Source: Psammoneis japonica
Lineage: Eukaryota
NCBI GenBank assembly: GCA_008632985.1
Contig: QPGO01000025.1
Coordinates: forward strand, 620,001-671,778
Direction: 5' to 3'
DNA: 51,778 nt
Shown here one piece after another: positions 47,370 through 51,778 of the stretch (position 1 is the stretch's first letter; every line of letters begins with the position of its first letter). Made by a program: the position numbers and the translations under genes. Below the pieces are notes generated by a model. It was not told the origin of the DNA. It ran no database searches and was given only the letters and a program-made list of their open reading frames with translations.

Positions 47370-49986
47370 TCAGGAGTGCCCACTAGAACCAGAGCGTCTG
47401 TTGCTAGACCATTCCCTGACGTGCCTCATTGTGGTCCTGTTGCTCTCTTGTCTGGCTTGTACGATCTTTGGAAGGAACAGGGGAAACAGAATCGCTCCGC
47501 AGAAGATTGACACTAGGACCGCACGGACAATGTAGAACGCCGACGGAATGTCATGGACTGCCAACAGAGCAGGGATGCCAATCACGGATGCTTCCAACAT
47601 AGTTGCCAGAGACACTGCTATGGGGCCAGTCTCGTGTAAGTAAGGTGAAAGCCTGCGAGCCCGATAGTTTGCAACATTTGCAAGACGAGTGCAAAAATGT
47701 CTGCACTCACGAGGATGATGAAAAGAGAAGTTGCAATTGCCTGTCTTCGGACTGGCATGTTCCGTATGACTCTACACTCCTTCCATATTTGTCAATCGAA
47801 CCTGTCTTGATTCGCACCCACTTGAGAGGTGCGACAACCGTCCATACAGTAAGAATGATAACATTCAAAGAAAATAAGATGAGGAATTGGACCAGCACAT
47901 CTTGAGCTCTCACTTTCACACGCCGAAAACCTCCGCTATGATGAGCAAGCTGAACGGATTAAGGAGCGCGATTCGAGGTCACGACAGGTTCAATGAGAAT
48001 GAAACGGTGTGAGGAACAGCATTGCGTACAACACAGAGGCAATCCACAACAACCTGCTCACCTTGTTTATTCTCAATGTCTTTGATAATAGCGCAGAAAA
48101 AGCAACAACGAACCCGATTGAAAGAAGCCACGGCACAGCCATGCATGCCACATCAAGGGCTTGGTTGCTCATGGGTTCCTGGAAGCTCATAAATATGATT
48201 GAAGTGCTCATCAGAAACGTCCCAAAACACACCATATCCAAGAAGAACGGTTGAGTCAAGCGTACGACAGCTGTCTTGCGCTTGACAAGAGTCCAAGAGG
48301 CAAAGACCAAAGAGATCAAGATAAAGATACCAGCGAGTGTTAGTCCAAAGATGCGCAGTCCATCAGAGATGAGGTTTAGATTTTCCACGACAGGCGGAAG
48401 ATCAGATGGGGGCGTGGCTGTTCCTTCGAAATAAACAAACGGTTTCTTCTCTAACCACTGAGTCCCATTTCGTACGGATGTTGTTGAGGAGGAGAAAGTA
48501 ATTCTGTTTCGCTCATCAGGAGCACGGGCCACCACATTAATCATCTTGTATCGTAAGACGCTGTAGTCTCGCGAGCCTGACACTTCATCAAAGGCGACAG
48601 AACCAGATGCTCCCTGGAACGACGTCTGAACAAAAGAGTCAAACAGTGATGGACCAGTGAAATATTCGTCTTGAACCTCACAGGCCGCGAATCCTAGAGC
48701 CATCAATGCGTCATACTGTAGGTACTCCCAATAAGTTGGGTTGTCGTAGAATGCAAACTGAGAAAAGTCCAGCTGTGGATCATGTTTTGACACAAAATAG
48801 TCTCTCACGGCGTCTCGATTTAGCATTTGCCAAGCCTTCGTAAAGTTATTGTTGTCTGTGATATCTAGCGAGATGATCCCTACACCATTCGATGCCTCTG
48901 CAAGGTCTTTTTCTTTCGCGGCATCGTAGGAAAAACTCAATAATTGAACATTTACAGCCGACAAAAACCAGCTGTACCCCGGCGTCCCAGCAATGCCCTG
49001 TTTAGATCCACCACCAACATTTTCATGGTTGTAAGCACCATTCCTTTATTCAGAACACGACAGAAAGAACAATTCAGACGCAACACTTACTGCTTTGTAA
49101 GCCTCTCGCATTACTGAATTGTACGTGGGGGTGCTAATGATTCCAAAAAATATTCTGTACTTCGACCTCTGAAGAATTCTCATGGCACTTACTATGCTCT
49201 CCTGGTTGAAAGGCTCGTATGGGGCGGACACGACATCCATGGGTGGCACAAGTTCCTGAGCAGCACTTATAATCTCACTGTGAAATGCAGTCCCATAAGG
49301 ATCGCGAACAAAAACAACGCCAAAGTGCGTTGCACGTAGGACATCTCGAATGTACGACACAGCAGCTTTTGCATCACCCTGGTTGGGCGGTACCGTCCTG
49401 CCAAAGTAGGGGTATTTGTCCTTTTGATCGAGCTGTGATGAGGTAGCACCGAAACTAACCAACGGCAATTCCCCAATGCCTCCCAAGATCGCAAGGGGAC
49501 CGGTTACGGCAGAACGCGTCGCCCCCACCATCGATATCGGAAGAGGAGTAGAAATTGAGTGAGTGCGGGACAACACGTCCTGCGTAAGGACGCGACAGGC
49601 TCAATCGGGCTCAGCTGCGTGTCTTTAAACTCCATCGTGAATCGCACGTTACAATCTTTGATCCGTTCCAAGTCCGGTATAACAGTGAAATTTTTGCTGT
49701 TGAAATGAATCATGGCCAGCAGACCGGCACCCTCGGTGTACAAACCGAAATCCGGAAGTAGAGTTCCGTTGCTGTCACTGGTGCTTGGTAGCATGCTCGT
49801 TAGGTGGCATAGCCGATACGTCTTGTTCTGAGCAGTAGTTGCACGAACAACGTTGGAGAACGGCTTAGTTTCAGCTATAACATACTGGGAATTGCGGATT
49901 TCATCGTAGTACCTGAGACACTCTGGCGTGATGGGCCAGGAAGCTCCTTTTGTAGAGTCGTCGTCGCCATTGTCGCACATTTGCAT
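47370..49986 (-). CDS. Class C (GABA-B-like) GPCR with Venus-flytrap domain and 7TM; several apparent frameshifts (possible pseudogene)
   Basis: VFT MVGATRSAVTGPLAILG...PLVSFGATSSQLDQKDKYPYFGRTVP; YDALMALG; FQGASGSVAFD; 7TM VVRLTQPFFLDMVCFG...CMAVPWLLSIGF...KTLRINK. Introns at about 49001-49090 and 47950-48062. Frame breaks near 49590 and about 47660-47730. Confidence 0.85.
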
Positions 49987-50199
49987 TCACGATTTTCCTT
50001 CTCACTTGTTCTTCCTTCGGCTGACTTGTTCCAAGCGAAATGAGGAATAGAATGCTACTACTTACCGTACCTAACTAGAGTGCTTCTACAAGGCTACTGT
50101 ACGGAACCAAGTAGCGTAGGGCCCTGCTCTAGCTATTAGACCTATACCTTACTTCACTAGCTACCATAGTAGCAGAGACTACCGACTACCGTACCGGTG

Positions 50200-51450
50200 G
50201 AGGTCTGCATTCTTCATTGTTGTTTGTATCAAAAAAGCCCAAAAACCGGGATTATTTTTCTGTGGACGACGGACGTACCCTCTCTTTCTTTTTGTTGCTT
50301 GGAAAAACTTTGGGCGCAGCTCTTTTCTGAGACTCCTTGGCTCTGTTGTCAGCCCTGCCCCCCCCCAACCCTGGATGAGGAGAGCATTTCAGCATGTTTG
50401 TGTTGGCAGCTGCCATGTGCTGCTGCACACATCCGAGAAAAGGTCTTGTCAATGTTGGCTTTCGGCTCACACATGTGAGTGACACACAAGCAGACACACA
50501 CACACGCACATGTGCGCAAGTGTTTGGCAAGGGGACACCCCCCCATTTCTGAGTGTGTGCTCAACATCAATGCCATGTTCCATGTGGTCCTCCATTTGAT
50601 CACTGTGCCAAAAGCAACAATCTGTGGCCACTGTGTGCAAACAGTGTGTCGGTCCTCTAAAAAAAAACAACAACAACACCCAACTCTTTGGCACTGCAAA
50701 GTTAAGATGTGCTGGGCTCCGGTTTGATGCACAGCCCTGTGACCGATTGGGGGTGGGAGGTCATCAAGGATGGGCCATTGTTTGGTGCTGTTTTTTTTAG
50801 TGGCTTGTGATTTCGCCCTGTTTTCCGGTGCTTTGCCTGGGCCTGCTTTGTTTTGCAGTGTGCCCCTGAGCACCCCAAAGCAGCTCTCCCTTGGGGCTGT
50901 TGAAGGACATCTGTGTGAACCACACTTTGCTGATCTTCAAGCACCAATTCTCAGATTTAATGCTGTTGTTGTGCTCCACAAACCACTGTCATTTTTTTCG
51001 AAAACCACACTGCTTGTGGCAGACAAGCCACAGCTTCTTCAGGAAATGCTGACAGCTTGCATTTGACCAGCTGCAGATGTGTCCTCAGTTGCCAAGCTGT
51101 CATGCATGGTTGCAAACATCATCTGTGCATTCTTTGATTTTTCAAGAAAAAGTTGTGTGCCATCTCACAACAGAGGGAATGTGGCCAATGACCATGGTGG
51201 AGAGTCTTGAGAGACAGCCACTCTTGTGTGCAATGTGCAACCCTTGTTGGTCAGTCTCACGTGAGTGCTCAAGCTGGAAAAGAAACCCTTCAATTAAGTT
51301 GGACATTCAAGGTCTCAAAAAGCAAGGGCCTCAATGAGCAGCACTCTGGCTGCAATCATTTTCAATGTGCAGATGCTGGTGGGAGCACTGTTGTCCACTG
51401 ACAGAAATTGAAGGCAAATGGCAAGAATTCAAACAATGACTCCTGCTGCT
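50200..51450. mobile_element. TpA-depleted TE-derived block, family not identified
   Basis: Abrupt loss of TA after about 50300, with a CA/TG excess and Tyr-poor ORFs. Confidence 0.55.
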
Positions 51451-51778
51451 GTCTAATAGCAGATGAGTCTCCGCTCAGAGACCGTCACAGAGCGCGAAAG
51501 ACGTGCAAGTCGGCAATCGGGCTACTGTATGTCATTCTTTGGAGCCTTGTGGCTCGAAAGCAAACTGATCGCGTTGAACGCGCGGAACTAAAGCACACAA
51601 AAACTGTGCGCGGTAAACTAAACAGCGCGCGTATGCTTCGCGCGCATCCAAATCCTGTTCAAATCCTGTCACTCCCCAGTTTGCTTGAGAGCCACAGAAA
51701 CAGATTCGACTTCGGATGGAATGAAGTTCCAGAAACATGAGGGGGCGGAGAAGTCCCAGATTTGGGAGCAACCCCAAT

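Noticed and set aside
51408..51778. Short ORFs at the window end
   Set aside because: No recognisable motif, and truncated by the window edge.

Overview
Eukaryotic genomic DNA, most likely a pennate diatom. This is inferred from short GT-AG introns, a bipartite plastid-type presequence, CoDi-like Copia elements and a class C GPCR. Gene-rich segments encode an FTCD_C-type cyclodeaminase, a Na+/H+ exchanger, a RAD18-like E3 ligase, dephospho-CoA kinase, NTMT1, a HotDog thioesterase, an NTT/TLC-like transporter, a family-16 methyltransferase, a two-domain ABM-like protein, SNM1/PSO2 nuclease and a GABA-B-like GPCR. There are also broken SMC3 and FAM173-like copies. These segments alternate with sharply bounded transposon-derived blocks (about 1-1.9 kb, 16.8-21.1 kb, 25.3-26.9 kb, 36.5-47.2 kb and 50.2-51.4 kb) that are almost free of the dinucleotide TpA and rich in CpA/TpG. 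Two independent lines of evidence point to directional TpA->CpA/TpG (A:T->G:C) hypermutation confined to transposon DNA: the two arms of a 1.56-kb foldback element, and Tyr->His/Cys changes in conserved Copia motifs. This is the opposite of fungal RIP and is separable from CpG decay. It is the best candidate for an undescribed genome-defence system in this window. All product calls come from motif recognition by eye; no searches were run.
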